A stretch of DNA of 63,131 nt, filler included, from Pelomyxa schiedti (Eukaryota; Protista; Evosea): NCBI GenBank assembly GCA_020536535.1. It is 6 parts of 6 records of this genome, joined end to end, with 100 filler letters (N's around TTAATTAATTAA, not from the genome) between each part and the next. Parts side by side here need not be neighbours in the genome. Positions count along the whole stretch, not along the records: positions 1 to 29,830 come from JAHLWZ010000438.1; 5 more parts are not named here. One strand, 5' to 3'. The position numbers and the translations under genes are program-made. Shown here piece after piece: positions 11,492 to 23,727 of the stretch. Under the pieces are notes generated by a model. That model was not told where the DNA came from. It searched no databases and was given only the letters and a program-made list of their open reading frames with translations. Each line of letters starts with the position of its first letter. Position 1 is the first letter of the stretch.

Positions 11492-12665
11492 TTACATTTT
11501 TTTGGGAACAGAAATGATAGCCACAATGATTCCAGTAGTAGAATCTACAAGTGAAAACTGATAGACCCTCAAATCAGATTCGTTTCCCTCAGAGGCGTCA
11601 CGATGGTGGCGATACATAATGAACCCAAGCTGACGAGGAAACCGCATAACTTGTGTGTTTGGGAAGCTCAGCCTCCGCAATGGTGTTGTCAGGTCTTTGG
11701 GGCTGTAGATCAGCTGCTGATCACCCCGGTCAAGAACCACATGCTTGTAATCAAAGGAAAACACGCGAGTGGAAGAGAACGTGTGGGTCTCGCCCGTGAC
11801 TGTGTTGTGGACACTTGTGGTTGCCGTGTCCGTGCCTGTGGGGTGGATTGTGCACAGTGGATCAGAATGGAGCGCGTCGTCGGGATCGGCGGGGACCGCG
11901 ATCGACCTCAGGACCACCAGAGACCTGGTGCTGTGGGTGCCGCTCAAGTCCACGTGGACTACAATCCCAGACTCGCCCTTGTTCCCAAACAGGAGGAACT
12001 CGTCGTGCCTGTCGCCGTGGAACGCGACGGTCCTCAGGCACATCCCCCCCACTCGGAAGCCCACGCACGAGCCCGGCCGGGGCAGCCCCGCCTCGTCCAC
12101 CGTCCACACCCTCATCGAGTCCTCGCCAACCAGCACAATCCAGTGCGAGCTGCAGCAGCCGGCGAGCCAGTCGCACTCCCCGGAGGAGTAGAACACGCCG
12201 CCGCCCACAGCGGCGCCGGCCTCGTCCACGATCTGGGCCGCGGAGCCCAAGGCGTGGGTCTTCAGCGTCAGGAGCGTGCCTGGGCCGGTGCACCCCTCCA
12301 CGGAGTCCATGCCTCCGGCGGCGGCGGCGAAGCAGCCGGACCACACGACGCCGAGAGTGAGCGACACGCCCACGGACACGTGGACGTCGGGAGCGTCCCA
12401 GACGCGGCCCTGGAAGTCCTGAGGGGCGGTCCTCAGGGTGACCCCGACGTTCCGGCACGGGAACACGACCCACGAACCTTCCGAACTCGGCCACCAGCGA
12501 GGGCGAGAAGCGCAGAAGGCTCACCGCGCAGTTCGAATTATGGGCAACATGTTGATCGTCGCCACACATTCTCGTCGGAACGATGAGTGCGCCGCAGGCG
12601 AAGGCAACGAACTGGTCGCGGGCCAACAACGTGGCCCGTAGAAAGGGCACTGCTGAGGAGGACAT
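11492..12665 (-). pseudogene. Lineage-specific 'ARDQF' family protein with a 1-nt frameshift
   Basis: MSSSAVPFLRATLLARDQFVAF...AEFGR, then one extra T at about 12475. Removing it gives RSWVVFPCRNVGV...VSVGVSLTLGVV, continuing to the stop at 11492. Could alternatively be a sequencing error. Confidence 0.65.
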
Positions 12666-12988
12666 TGTTTTTTCTTTTTCCCTTCTTTGAGATTCTGGGA
12701 AAGTATCTTTCTGTACAGATCCAAGCAAGAATAATAATAATAATCTAGATTAGACTTTACCAAAAACGCAATTTTTGACTGCCATGGCTTGATGGCGGCG
12801 ATTTCTTGATTTTTTGCCGGGAGATCATGTGCTGGCGCTGCCAGCAACATGTGGCCATCTTGCCGGCTGCGGCGCTGGCACGTGGCCCTGCTTTATGGTG
12901 CCGTGGCTGTGCAGCCGCCATCAGTCCCGCACCATCAAACCAAAACGCGCCCAGCAAACAAAAACGACGTACCGCAAAAACCCACAGC

Positions 12989-13283
12989 CAGGGTTGTTAT
13001 TTCAAGTAAGTACTTGGCAAGTACCGTTTGAAATTTCGTTGCCAAGTCCCAACAAGTACTTGCGTATCTGTTAGAGCGTTGTTTTCGTTGAGGTTGCACC
13101 TTGATTTCCCCGAAATCAACGTCAAAATAGCCCTTGTGTGGCCCGCACCTGATTGTTTCCCAAATAAAGGAGTCACAAAGCTCATTTTTTTGCGAAGGCA
13201 CACTACTTGTTTATTGACCCAAGTACTTGTTTATCTGGGTTTTACTAAACAAGCACCATCAAGTAACTTGAATAACAACCCTG
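12989..13283. mobile_element. MITE, hAT-like ends (295 bp)
   Basis: TIR CAGGGTTGTTATT(T)CAAGT at both ends. Repeated subterminal palindrome (C)AAGTACTT(G) at about 13008, 13053 and 13220. No TSD. Confidence 0.8.
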
Positions 13284-13945
13284 CTTGAAGTTGGCGAAAT
13301 TCTCAAGATCTGCACTGTCTGCGCGGTGGTTTCATCACAGTTTGAACTCCACTACGTATTCCAGTTGCTGCTGAGCGAGGTCGTACACAACCCACTCGTT
13401 GTCAACAAAGTCAGAGGGCGATGTAGCGGTAGCGGCAACACCATGGCACGAATCACAACCATTAGGCGGAGACGTGAGCGTGGGGCACACGTGGGTGTAG
13501 TCATGAGGGCGGCCAACATACACCCGGAACACAAGCATAAGCCATGTCTTCTGTGCCACTGCTGTTGATGATGATGATGCTGTTGCTGTTGTTGTGGATG
13601 ATGATGATGATGATTTTGGTGTGGTTGTGGTTGTTGTTGTTGTTGATGGGGATGTGGACTTGGTCTTGGTTGTGGTGGATTTGGGTTTCGTGGATTTGGT
13701 GGTTGTTGATGATGATGATGGTGATGGTGATGGTTTTTTGATGGCGTATTTGGCGCTGGCGGCACAGGTGTCTCCAAAGTAGAGGCCGGCGCCGAGGTAG
13801 CCAAAGTCGGTGCGCTTGACTCCACTGGAATTGGTCAGCATCACGGGGAGAAGCAGGCCGCGGGACAGAATCCCGAGGGTGTTTTCTGGCTTGGTTCCGT
13901 GAACTAGGTATCTGAGCCCTGCCGGCTGCGGTGTGGATGCTGTTG
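13284..13945 (-). repeat. Duplicate of the PARP catalytic 3' exon and 3' flank (matches 23674-24335), cut by the N gap at 13946-14045
   Basis: Near-identical sequence with SNPs and triplet-repeat length differences. Encodes YLVHGT...GLYFG...DNEWVVY...VEFKL* (stop at 13335). Confidence 0.9.
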
Positions 13946-14151
13946 NNNNNNNNNNNNNNNNNNNNNNNNNNNNNNNNNNNNNNNNNNNNNNNNNNNNNNN
14001 NNNNNNNNNNNNNNNNNNNNNNNNNNNNNNNNNNNNNNNNNNNNNGGAAGCACATTGGTGTGTCTGTTGGCCGTTGGCGTGCTGCAAACTGTGTGCACAC
14101 TGTTTTCCCAGAAAAACGCTCGTTTTTTGATCGTGTGCACACCGAAAAAGT

Positions 14152-16284
14152 TTGGGCAGTCCCAAAGTCGGTCGTGTGGTTGGGGTCTCCCGTTTCTTGT
14201 GGGACAACGTGGTCCAGTCGTTGTGGATCTCGAAACGGAGCACCGCCAAGCACACCAACAACCACAAGTACAACCGCCTGTCGACCAAAAAGTGCGTCGC
14301 GTTGATGACCCTCGCCGAGGCTCTTTTCCCCCTCGTGCCCCGCGCTTGCTCCGCCGCGACCGCGTCGCTGCCGTGCTGTTTGGACGCACCCATAAGTGCG
14401 AAGCGGTCATCGTACTTCGCCCTCAAGTGTGCAGCCGCAGCAGGTGGTGCCAGTGGGGAGCGAGGCAGGTGCGCGTCGTGGATCTTGTCTCACAAGACCT
14501 CACGGAACAACCGCAAGGAGTGTGCGTGGGTGCTGTGGGGCTTCTGCGCAGGCGGCCACGCCCTCGCTGCCGTGCACCTCGCTGGTGTCAGCCCCCAAAT
14601 CCCCTCTGGGCCAAATCGCGGGGAACTGAGCTGGATCCACAGGGCGGGGCTGCACTGGCCCCCTGGCGCCGGTGCCGACGACGAGGCCGAAGTGCGGAAA
14701 TTGTGGGACGACAAGGGGACTGCTCTGTGCGATGCATGCAGGGAGGGCCACCTGGACGTGGCCAAGTGGCTGGTGGCCCGGTTTGGGGAGAGGGACTGGA
14801 AGCTGTTCAGGCCGTTCCTCGCCGCCCTGAGAGGCGGCCACGTCGACGTCGCCGAGTGGATCGCGAGCAGGGCGGACGTGAGGAGGCTATTTCGCAGAGT
14901 AAACAGATGGAGCTTGCCCGCCGCATTCGCGGCAAGGGGTGGGAATCTGAAGGTGATAAAGTGGTGCTTTGGCATGTTCCCTGAGAGTATTATTGACTAT
15001 GTGATACTTGATTTCCTTAGAAGCGAAAACAACACGGCTGACGAACTCGTTGAAGGGTGCAAGTGGCTTGTTACCAAGAATTGCAGTGATTCATTGCTTT
15101 GGGAGAGATACGACATTCGTGAGGGAAAGGTGGTGAGGTGGCTGGTTGAGAGTGGTTTGATGTCACCTTCCTCTGCTTTCTTGGATGTTTGTTCTTCAGT
15201 CTGCGATGTCAGGCTTGTTGAGTGGCTCATGGAGAATTATTCTGTGCAGCCTGTGTATACTCCAATTGTGTTTCAGAACGAGAAGGACAGCGTGCCTTTC
15301 ACAAAGTTCATGTTGCAGACGATGAAAGAGATTCCATCATCTGACATTCAAAATTCCATTCACTTTGCCCTGCTTGCCGAAAACTTGGCAATTGCTGACT
15401 TTTTGGATGAGACATTCCACGTTGAAGCAAACAAGGGCCCAAAAAGGCTGTTAAATTGTGTTGAGGCCAATTACTCTTGTGAAGCTTTAAACTGGTTTCT
15501 CCAACATGTTCCAACTGAGAGTGTTGAGGAGGAAGATGTGATGCAGGCAATTGAACTTGCCATCAAGGAAGGCCGTTGGGAGAATCGTGATGCGTTGCTG
15601 TTGCTGAAGAAGTTTCACATCTCACATCACAAAAGAATGAGGAAACCAGCATTGACTGTGGTTGTCACTGCAGACATCTCGACTGCCAAACAATTTGCAT
15701 CAGAGTGGGGATTCTCACAGTCAGAGGTTGCTGAAGTCCTGGCATCAGAAGAATGTAAACTGAGTTCAAGCAAAGTTGTGAGGTGGTTGATTGGTCATTA
15801 CGGCCTGTCTGCCCACCAAGTGAAGGCCAACAACAACACGTTGCTGCACAAGTTGATAAAAGGAAACAAGGTGAGTTGCGCAGAGTGGTTGATCAGAACC
15901 TTTGACATCACATTGCATGAGGTGAGTGCAATAAAACAGTTTCCTCCTTTACTCACTAAGAAAAAAAAAAAAAAAAAGGTGATGCAAATGGTTGGGAGAG
16001 AGGATCCCTCTGAGATTGGGCTGTGTTCAATCAAGTTCTCAGCATGGATGATGCTGCTGAGGTGTTTCCCAGAGATCACACCAGACATTGTCCGAGAATC
16101 ATTCTCGAGGGCAGTTATTGTGTCACCATGGCACATTGAGCACGCCCTCCACACTTTTGGATTCACTGTTGCTGAGATTAGTGAGCACTGCCGTTTGGTT
16201 GATATAATGAATAACTATACTGACTCCGACTGGCCTTGTGGTGACGCACTGTTGTGGGCCAGGCTACATAACAAAGGGTGCTGA
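14152..16284 (+). CDS. Lineage-specific ankyrin-like repeat protein
   Basis: Ankyrin-like units LCDACREGHLDVAKWLV, AALRGGHVDVAEWI and AARGGNLKVIKWC. In-frame 57-nt intron at 15922-15978. The first in-frame ATG is at 14305, although homology to the gene at 1-1687 begins upstream of it. Confidence 0.8.
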   Translation: MGSPKVGRVVGVSRFLWDNVVQSLWISKRSTAKHTNNHKYNRLSTKKCVALMTLAEALFPLVPRACSAATASLPCCLDAPISAKRSSYFALKCAAAAGGASGERGRCASWILSHKTSRNNRKECAWVLWGFCAGGHALAAVHLAGVSPQIPSGPNRGELSWIHRAGLHWPPGAGADDEAEVRKLWDDKGTALCDACREGHLDVAKWLVARFGERDWKLFRPFLAALRGGHVDVAEWIASRADVRRLFRRVNRWSLPAAFAARGGNLKVIKWCFGMFPESIIDYVILDFLRSENNTADELVEGCKWLVTKNCSDSLLWERYDIREGKVVRWLVESGLMSPSSAFLDVCSSVCDVRLVEWLMENYSVQPVYTPIVFQNEKDSVPFTKFMLQTMKEIPSSDIQNSIHFALLAENLAIADFLDETFHVEANKGPKRLLNCVEANYSCEALNWFLQHVPTESVEEEDVMQAIELAIKEGRWENRDALLLLKKFHISHHKRMRKPALTVVVTADISTAKQFASEWGFSQSEVAEVLASEECKLSSSKVVRWLIGHYGLSAHQVKANNNTLLHKLIKGNKVSCAEWLIRTFDITLHEVSAIKQFPPLLTKKKKKKKVMQMVGREDPSEIGLCSIKFSAWMMLLRCFPEITPDIVRESFSRAVIVSPWHIEHALHTFGFTVAEISEHCRLVDIMNNYTDSDWPCGDALLWARLHNKGC

Positions 16285-16398
16285 TGTGGAGAACAATTTG
16301 CGGAAAATATTCCACGCAACGGAACACAATTATTTTCTAATTCGTTTGACATAACATCGACGAAAACAAGTTTATTCCATTTTTTATCTGACACATTT

Positions 16399-19300
16399 TT
16401 AGCTGCTCTTTCTGTGTTTGTGCTTCTTTGAGCTTGAATCCTCACCAGCCACAACACCCTGTTGTGCTGTTGATGAAGTTACAACTGACTTTGTGGCCAT
16501 GTGTGTTGGTGTGTGTGTGGGTATCTGTGATTGTGATAGTGGTGCCATCATGGTGGACACAGAGGGTGGCCTGTTGAGTGTCGGCACCGATGACGTCAGG
16601 TTTGGTGACGAGGCTGCTGATGTGGATGTGGAGGATGATGGTGTTGTGCTTTCGGATTGGGCTTCTGCCATTTTCCGCTGTTTGATTTCAGCGTTTTTGG
16701 TCATCAAGTCAACACAGTTGTGTAGTTTGTCCAGGAACTCCCGTTTGGCTTCCGGAGTTTCACAGGATATGATGAATACTAAGGGAAGTGACTGTTAGAG
16801 CTGGGGTTTGTATTTGTGCAATATTACCTCTTCTTTCTTTTTCTGGTTTGTTGTTGAAAAGTACTGCCAAACGGAAGCCGTTCGGAACGGATTCGTCATC
16901 ATCGTTGATTGCTGCATTGAAGACTTGGGCGCTGCTTTCGTACTGGTACTGTTCCCCTTTTTCGGAGTTGGGTTCAAAACGTAGAGATAGAAGCGGTATT
17001 ACCGCTGTTCTTGAGAAAGCCACCAGACTTGGTCTTGGTCTCAAGTAGAATGTCGTTGAAGAGAATGAGATATCTGGGTCTCAATTTCCGTTCCACCAGG
17101 ACTCCAACGGCATCGGCATGAATAAAGCGGCGTTGAGGTTGCGTGAGTGAAGGTCCCTAACAGATTATCAGACGTGAGGGAAGATGCTTGTGTTTGACCT
17201 TTTTATCTACAGGAAGTGTGCCAGGCCCATAAGGGTCCTTGTAGAGGTTAGTTTTGTTTTTCTCTCACACCAACATACGATAAATTTCCCAACAAGTTTC
17301 TTTGCTATATCACGAACTTTCAATTGGGACTCAGCTTCTTTCTTCTGTTTTGGGTAAGATTAATGGTTCAAAGATGTAGACGGTCTTGCCTTTTCATTGA
17401 TCACATCAGCCACACTTTGCATCTGCGTCAAAGCCATTCGAAGTTTTTTGACATCGTCGTTTTCTGCTGGTGGTGTGGAAGATATACTTCGTAAAGTTTC
17501 ATCGATCAGTGAAGAGGCTTTGCTCAGAGTTTGAAGAAGCATAACATATCGCGGTATCCCTTACTTTGTTTAGGAAAAATCAATAAATGTTTCATCTACT
17601 TTGGACTGGCTGAATTAGGAAGGAATATATATCCAAGTTCTGGCACTCAGGCTTTTTCTGTGTTGTCTAATTGCATTTAGCTATTTGGCAACCAACAACG
17701 TGAGTAACCTCAAGCCACTCCACAAATTCGGGTGAATTCTTTTGCATTTCCGTCAGAGTGTTGACTGCGGTCTCGTAATTCGATACATAAATGTTGTATA
17801 CTTTGAGGAATCCGCACTAGAATGGAGTAAAAGTTTGTTCAAGAATGAATTGCTTACAATGAATAAGAATGTAGGTCCAAGTTTAGGTGATTCTGGATCA
17901 GTTTGGACAGCGGTACGCAACTGGCGGAGAAGAGCATTATTGTAGTTCTTAATAATTTCCACTTGGGAAAAAATCTTGTGGATGTTGACAGTTGTAAAAT
18001 AGAAAAGCGGGGAAGGTTACTTGTTGTAGTTGTGTGCGGGAACAGAAATCTTTCCCCTGTAATGGTTTCATGAATATATTTATCAGAGTTTCTAAGCTTG
18101 AAACATAAATCTCCTCTGTGATGAGGTCAGCTGGGAATGTGACAGGAAAGAAACCTGATTCAAGAACTTCATCTATGGTTTTTTTCATCAAATACTTCTG
18201 CTTATCAATGACTTCCTGTGGTGTTGGTTTGGGTGGTTCTTCTTCTTCGGAATCAGAGGAAGCCCCCTTGGAAACAAGTAGTTTTGGACTCTCTGGGATG
18301 ACTGGAGGTGGAGGAGCCGGGGCGGCAGGGGGAGGGAGAGTAGGAGATAGCGGTGGTGGGGGTGCTGGATTACTAGGTGGGGGCAGAGACGTACTAGATT
18401 TAGGCAGTTTGGTTTCTTCAGTGCTTCCAACTTCACTTTCTTGCTCTGGAACTGGGGTTTTATGTCTGGAACTATGTGGAGTCACTAATAGCTCAGGAGA
18501 CGATGAAGCTAATGGGGGTGTGGTTTCTACACTTCCGTGTCTCCTACGGGGGGTAAGACGGATGAAAGAGTTAAACATCAGTTAGAGGTTCCTACCTTGA
18601 TGATCTGTGGGATCGTTCCAGGGAAAAGGACTCTTCCTTGTCCACTTTATCCTTGGAAGTTGGTTCCTGCTGTACAGATTTCTGTTGGGTGGCTTGCTTC
18701 TGGAGTGCTTGCTGCTGTTGGAGAAGGGCTTGCTGTTGGAGAATTTGTTGTGCACCTGGCTGTGGGCTCTGCTGAACTAGGTCACTCAACTTCTGTTGCA
18801 AATTTTGATGCTGGATCAATTCCTGTTGTAAACTCTGTTGCAATTTTTCTTTTTGGCTAAGAGTGTCTTGCAATTGAGATTTACAGCTTTCCAGTTCTGG
18901 AGGGAAATGTGAGGATGTATGGATGCTAGTCAGGAGAACCAACCTTTAAACAACTCACTTCAGTAACAAGATGTGACATATAATATGGTCAATTAAAACT
19001 TGAGGGATCTTTTCAAGTACCTATTACTTGCCTTGGATAACTTGAGTTTCGTGTGGGATTCACTCAACTGAGAACTAAGCTCAGCGTTAGTGTGATTTAA
19101 AGATTCAATCTTTTCTTGTACAGCAGTGGCAAAACGCACAAGGTGCATCTTTGCAAATGGTTAGTTTTACCAAGCCATCACCCTTACCTTGATTTCTTGT
19201 TCACGGGCCGTACTCTTTTCCGTTTCAATTTGCTTTTCTCTAAGTTCATTATGTAGTCGGACAACATCCATTTTTAGGGTAGTAATATCTTCCTCCTCAA

Positions 19301-21277
19301 AGCTTCCTGCGACTGGTTGACTGGAACTGTGCAATTTAAGACAGAAGAAATTCAGGAACGGAAATATAGTACATTTTATTATCAACGGAGTCCACTTTTT
19401 GTTGTAGAGAAAGTAGAAGTTGAAAGATTTTCTGAGTATCTGCTTGTGGATTGGATGGAGAAACAGCTCGTATTTTTTGCAACTCAAGTTTGGTTTGCAA
19501 GTGAGCAATTCTCTCTTTCTATTTTGGGGTCAGAAGTATTTTCTCTAAAGCAATCAAACCAATTGATTATTTTCGTCTTGAATGGTAGATTTCTCATCAA
19601 CCTGTGCGTTATTTTAATGTACTGAAGATGAAGGCTGATGTACATCGGTTGTTATATCTTTTTCTTTTCCTGCTTCAGGGGATGCTGCTGTGCGAAGTTG
19701 GACACATTCTGCTGTGGTGGCCTCAAGCTTATTTTTGGTGGCTTCAAGCTGATTTTTCAGTTGAGATATCGTTTCCTCCAGTTTGACCCTTTCAACCTAA
19801 AGGTGATTGGTTAATCTGGGATTTTGAAAGAAGGAAGAAACAGAGAAAATGTCAGCTTTCTCAGAAAGAACAGAATTTTTGGCCAATTGAGCAGTGAGTT
19901 GCCCTTCTGCCTGCTGCAGGCGGACCTCCATTTCTCTCAATTTTCGAGGGCTAGATTTGTGTGAGCAGTTACTGTGAAAAACGCCACTACAAACCATTCC
20001 TCACTGACAGGATCACTAGCAGGAAAGAATGTGGACTGAGACTCAAGTTCTTTGATCTAATTGAATTAAAATAAAGGTTAACATGCACATGATACAAACT
20101 TGTGCTTCCAATTCTTTCACCTGTTACAAGTTAGAAAAAGACTGAATGGAGATGCATACTCTAGAATGAGATTTCTCAAGTTCCACCGCCATCTCATTGC
20201 ATCGTTCTGCTGATTCTGCTGCAATATTGGCAAGATCTTTGGCACTACAAAAGGTTATAAAAGGTGATATCACTTGCTCACTAACGGAGAGTTCGACTTG
20301 ATTCTAGATAGCTCTGCTAACATCAATTTCCTTTCAGCCTCTAATACACGTAGTTTTCTTTGAGCTTGTTCAAGCTGGCCTTCAACTTCCTTAAGGCGTT
20401 CACTGTATCTCGCAACTGTCCCCATTGGTGAAGCGGTTGCAGGGGATGGAGTACTGGTGAGAGTTGGCGACATTGCAGGGGAAGCAGGTACAGATGTGGA
20501 AGCTGGAGTAGGCATAAGTGGAGTTGGAGAGAGAGGAAGTATAATACTGGAGGCGGGAAGAGTTGTAGTTGAAGATAGATTGATCAGCGGTTGGGGTGTG
20601 GAAGGATTTGTTGGAGGAGACGTAGAACGAGGGGGTGTTGTAGAAACAGCTGTGAAAGCAGAGTCGGCCCCAGCTGATCCCTGCAGAGATACACAGGACC
20701 CCGATTTCTTGACTGCCTGTATCTTTGATTAGATTAGAAAGATCTATGCAAATCCGATACAGTGAGCCTGTTACTGTTGGCTACCAGTTTAGTTGCAGCT
20801 TCCGCATGGGTTACAGCTTGTGACATAGAAGGAGTCAAGTATCCTCTGTCCTTGTCCAGCAATCTCCCAGTGGGGGAACTCAGCTGCTCAAAATAGCGTG
20901 CTTTCTCAGAGGCAGTCACACGGGCTCCTTGTAGTTCACTCGTAGGAGAGGTCTTGGTCGGAACTGTGGTGGTTGTGTGTGGTAGTACTGTGGTTGTTTT
21001 TTGGTCGTTTGATTTTCTTATTGCCAAACAATAAACCCACAAACCCAACAACAGTCTACTACTATAGCCAAAAACTAAAAAACCAAAAGCGAAAAACAAA
21101 AAAAATATGAAATATGTTTCGATGCAACGGCATAACTTTCCAAAAACAACAAAAATTCCAGGAAAACGCACGGTACGTGCCTGCAGAAGACTTTGACGAG
21201 ACCTCCGCGAGCCTCTTGAGGGCTTGATGGAATTGTGGCTCCCTTGGTGCGTTTCCGTCCAATAGGTAGTCGTCCAT
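16399..21277 (-). CDS. Rho guanine nucleotide exchange factor (coiled coil + DH + PH), multi-exon
   Basis: TEEIYVSSLETLINIFMKPL, IFSQVEIIK, LGPTFL, SFLIQPVQRIPRYVMLLQTL, ADVINEK; PH start RRFIH...RYLILFNDILL; long heptad-rich N-terminal exons. Confidence 0.85.
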
Positions 21278-21461
21278 GCGTATGATTGTGTCGATTCGGT
21301 ATTCGTATGTTTGACACCAATCCCCTGCGTGCCCGTGTGCCGCTTCACCTCGCGTGGATTGTTGTTTTTTCTTTTGCGTGGAATGTTGTTCCACGAAATG
21401 TGATTGATTGATTTCGGGTGCTCAAAACAGAAACAAAAAAAGTTTCTCAAGTGTTAAGTAT

Positions 21462-23620
21462 TTACCAGGATCCAATAGGGAGTGCAATGGAACCAGGGAG
21501 CACTGTGATGGTTCCGTCATCATTGGTTGTGAGCTCGCCATAAACAGTACCACTGTTTGATAGGGATGTGATGAGGCTTGGAGCCGTGACCACCCACGTG
21601 CAGCCGGCACCTACTGTCACTGATATGTCATTGTGCCCGTTGTAGAACACCTTGTTGGCAACTTGCCCGATATCAAAGTATTCGCTGATGGTGAAGTAGG
21701 TGTTCTGGAACGAAATCCACTCTTCGCTTGCTTTTACCTTATTATGAATGAATTAGTGAGGGAGTTTCATGGCTTGGGTACACGGTACCTGGGCACTTTT
21801 GATTGCTAGATTGCCTTCATATGTCACGTGGATTGTTGCAGTTGCCGCGATTGCGGCATTTAAGGTAGCTCCGTTGGTTAGTTTAACTTCCAGTGATAGT
21901 GCACTCTGCCCATAGTAACCGGCACCGTTGTAGATATCTCCAGTGACAGTTACATCGTCAAGAGTGAGCGAGGTTTTGTTCATAGAACCGGTAGATGTGG
22001 GAGTTGGCCAGCCGGCTTCCTCGGAATGGAATGTGTTAAAGATTACGTTCTCTGAATCGCTCTTTCCTGTTGTAAGATCATCGTCGTCCATTACCTTGCC
22101 GACATTGTGAGAAATTGAGCGTGGAAAAAGAGGTACAACCTGCAGGAGAATACCATTTCCAGGGGAGATAACAGAGCCAGATGATATATAGAATGAAGCT
22201 GAACAGCCTGTTTTTACCAACAAACTTGTCCAACCAGAGGTGACAACGGTTTCCTCCTCTATCAGCAATGTGCAGTTGAATTCACGGGCCATGAATCCAA
22301 AAGTATCCGAAACAAGTGTGCTGACTTTGCTTTCTGTTGCAGTGTATGTCTTCGAAATAGAGCCATATGAATCATAAAGGGTGTATGTTTCACCTTCAAC
22401 AAGACTCGTGAATGTGGCCTGACCACCGGACAATACCGCTATGTAGGTGCCCACAGTTACAGTAACGCCATACTCAAACGCTGTGTCAACTCCAATTACG
22501 TAGGTACCATAGCCAGAACGATTTGTATATGGATTTGCGGTTTGGTATAAGATTGTTCCGTCTGAATTGGGCTGTTGAAGGAGGTAGTCTGCACCCAAAA
22601 GTGTTATCTTACTGTTGACAACATTCAATGCAGCAGGACCCGCAGGAATATCGAGTGACAGAACTCCCCACTGCGCCGCGGTGACCTCTGATTCGATGAC
22701 ATGCACTGTTGGGTGGTCCCCGAGCGCAAGAAGAGTTCTACTTGTCCCCATAAGGCCTTAAACAAAAGGTAAATCAACTTACTTTCTAAATTTTAGCTAA
22801 ATTGTAAGTTCTATTGGATGATATTAAACCTAGAGCCCAGGGACTCGAAACCATGTATGATTCTGAAATCGTATTCTCATAGTCACTGTACAAGGTGCCT
22901 CCATAGCTAGTAAGCTTACAATTCTGTACAGTAACAATGCTCTCAGAATCCACATACAGTGCTGGCTTAGCCACACCCCTCACAATCACGCTGGTGTCAG
23001 TGATAGATAGCTTCGTCCCGCCATATACAGCAATTCCAGCCCCGAGCCCGCTGAAATCGCACGTGTCTTTTCCATCGGCCGAGGTGACGTCATTCACGGC
23101 CGCGTTTGAGAGCGAGTAAGAGGCCCCCGAGTTCAGCATTATGGGATTGAATCCGCTGAATTCGGAGTAGAGGTCGACGGTAGTGCCTCGTTTCACGCAG
23201 TCGAACACGGACTTTGATTTCACGCAGCCGGTGGAGTCGAAGTAATACCCTGGTCGATAGGCGTAGTCGTCACGAGTTTCGGACTGAACGAGTGCCGAAA
23301 GCGCCAATTGCGCCAATTGCGTACGTGGTCACGCTGGTCGCTTTGCCGGCCACGCACGCCGTGCCGTCGGTGGAACTTATGGGAACGCCGTCGCAGAGGT
23401 ACGTGGTGTACGACGTAGGGGGTGTGTACAACGTGGAATTCGTCTTATCTACAACAACCACAACACCAACATCGACCCTGGTGTGTCTCCATCCCTGAGT
23501 GAAATGATTGATGAAACGATACAGAAATCAGGAACAGAATAGTACCGAAGACACTGGAACGCAACAACAACAGCACAGTGAGATTATAAGACACAAGGAA
23601 CGGCGGTGCTGGGCTGTCAT
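21462..23620 (-). CDS. Secreted bacterial-type parallel beta-helix protein
   Basis: Signal peptide MTAQHRRSLCLIISLCCCCCVPVSS; motifs FSGLGAGIAV, SSPWALGL, WGVLSLD, GYGTYVIG, GNGILLQVMDDDD, GDIYNG and WVVTAPSLITSL; several short introns. Confidence 0.7.
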
Positions 23621-23727
23621 GGCTGTGGGTTTTATTTTTTTGGGTCTGATCTTTCGGATGTTTCTCGTTTGAACTTGAAGTTGGCGAAATTCTCAAGATC
23701 TGCACTGTCTGCGCGGTGGTGGTTTCA

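Noticed and set aside
13352-13825. Poly-His/Gln and poly-Asp/Val ORFs (also at 23745-24194, 33559-34479 and 59741-60608)
   Set aside because: Alternative-frame or antisense readings of triplet-repeat, GC-rich coding sequence.
13335-14426. Long ORFs crossing the N gap that suggest a novel PARP N-terminus
   Set aside because: They read through unknown bases, and the upstream part is the antisense of the ankyrin-like gene.
15922-15978. Poly-lysine tract in the 710-aa ORF
   Set aside because: An in-frame GT-AG intron; a paralog has an intron at the same position.
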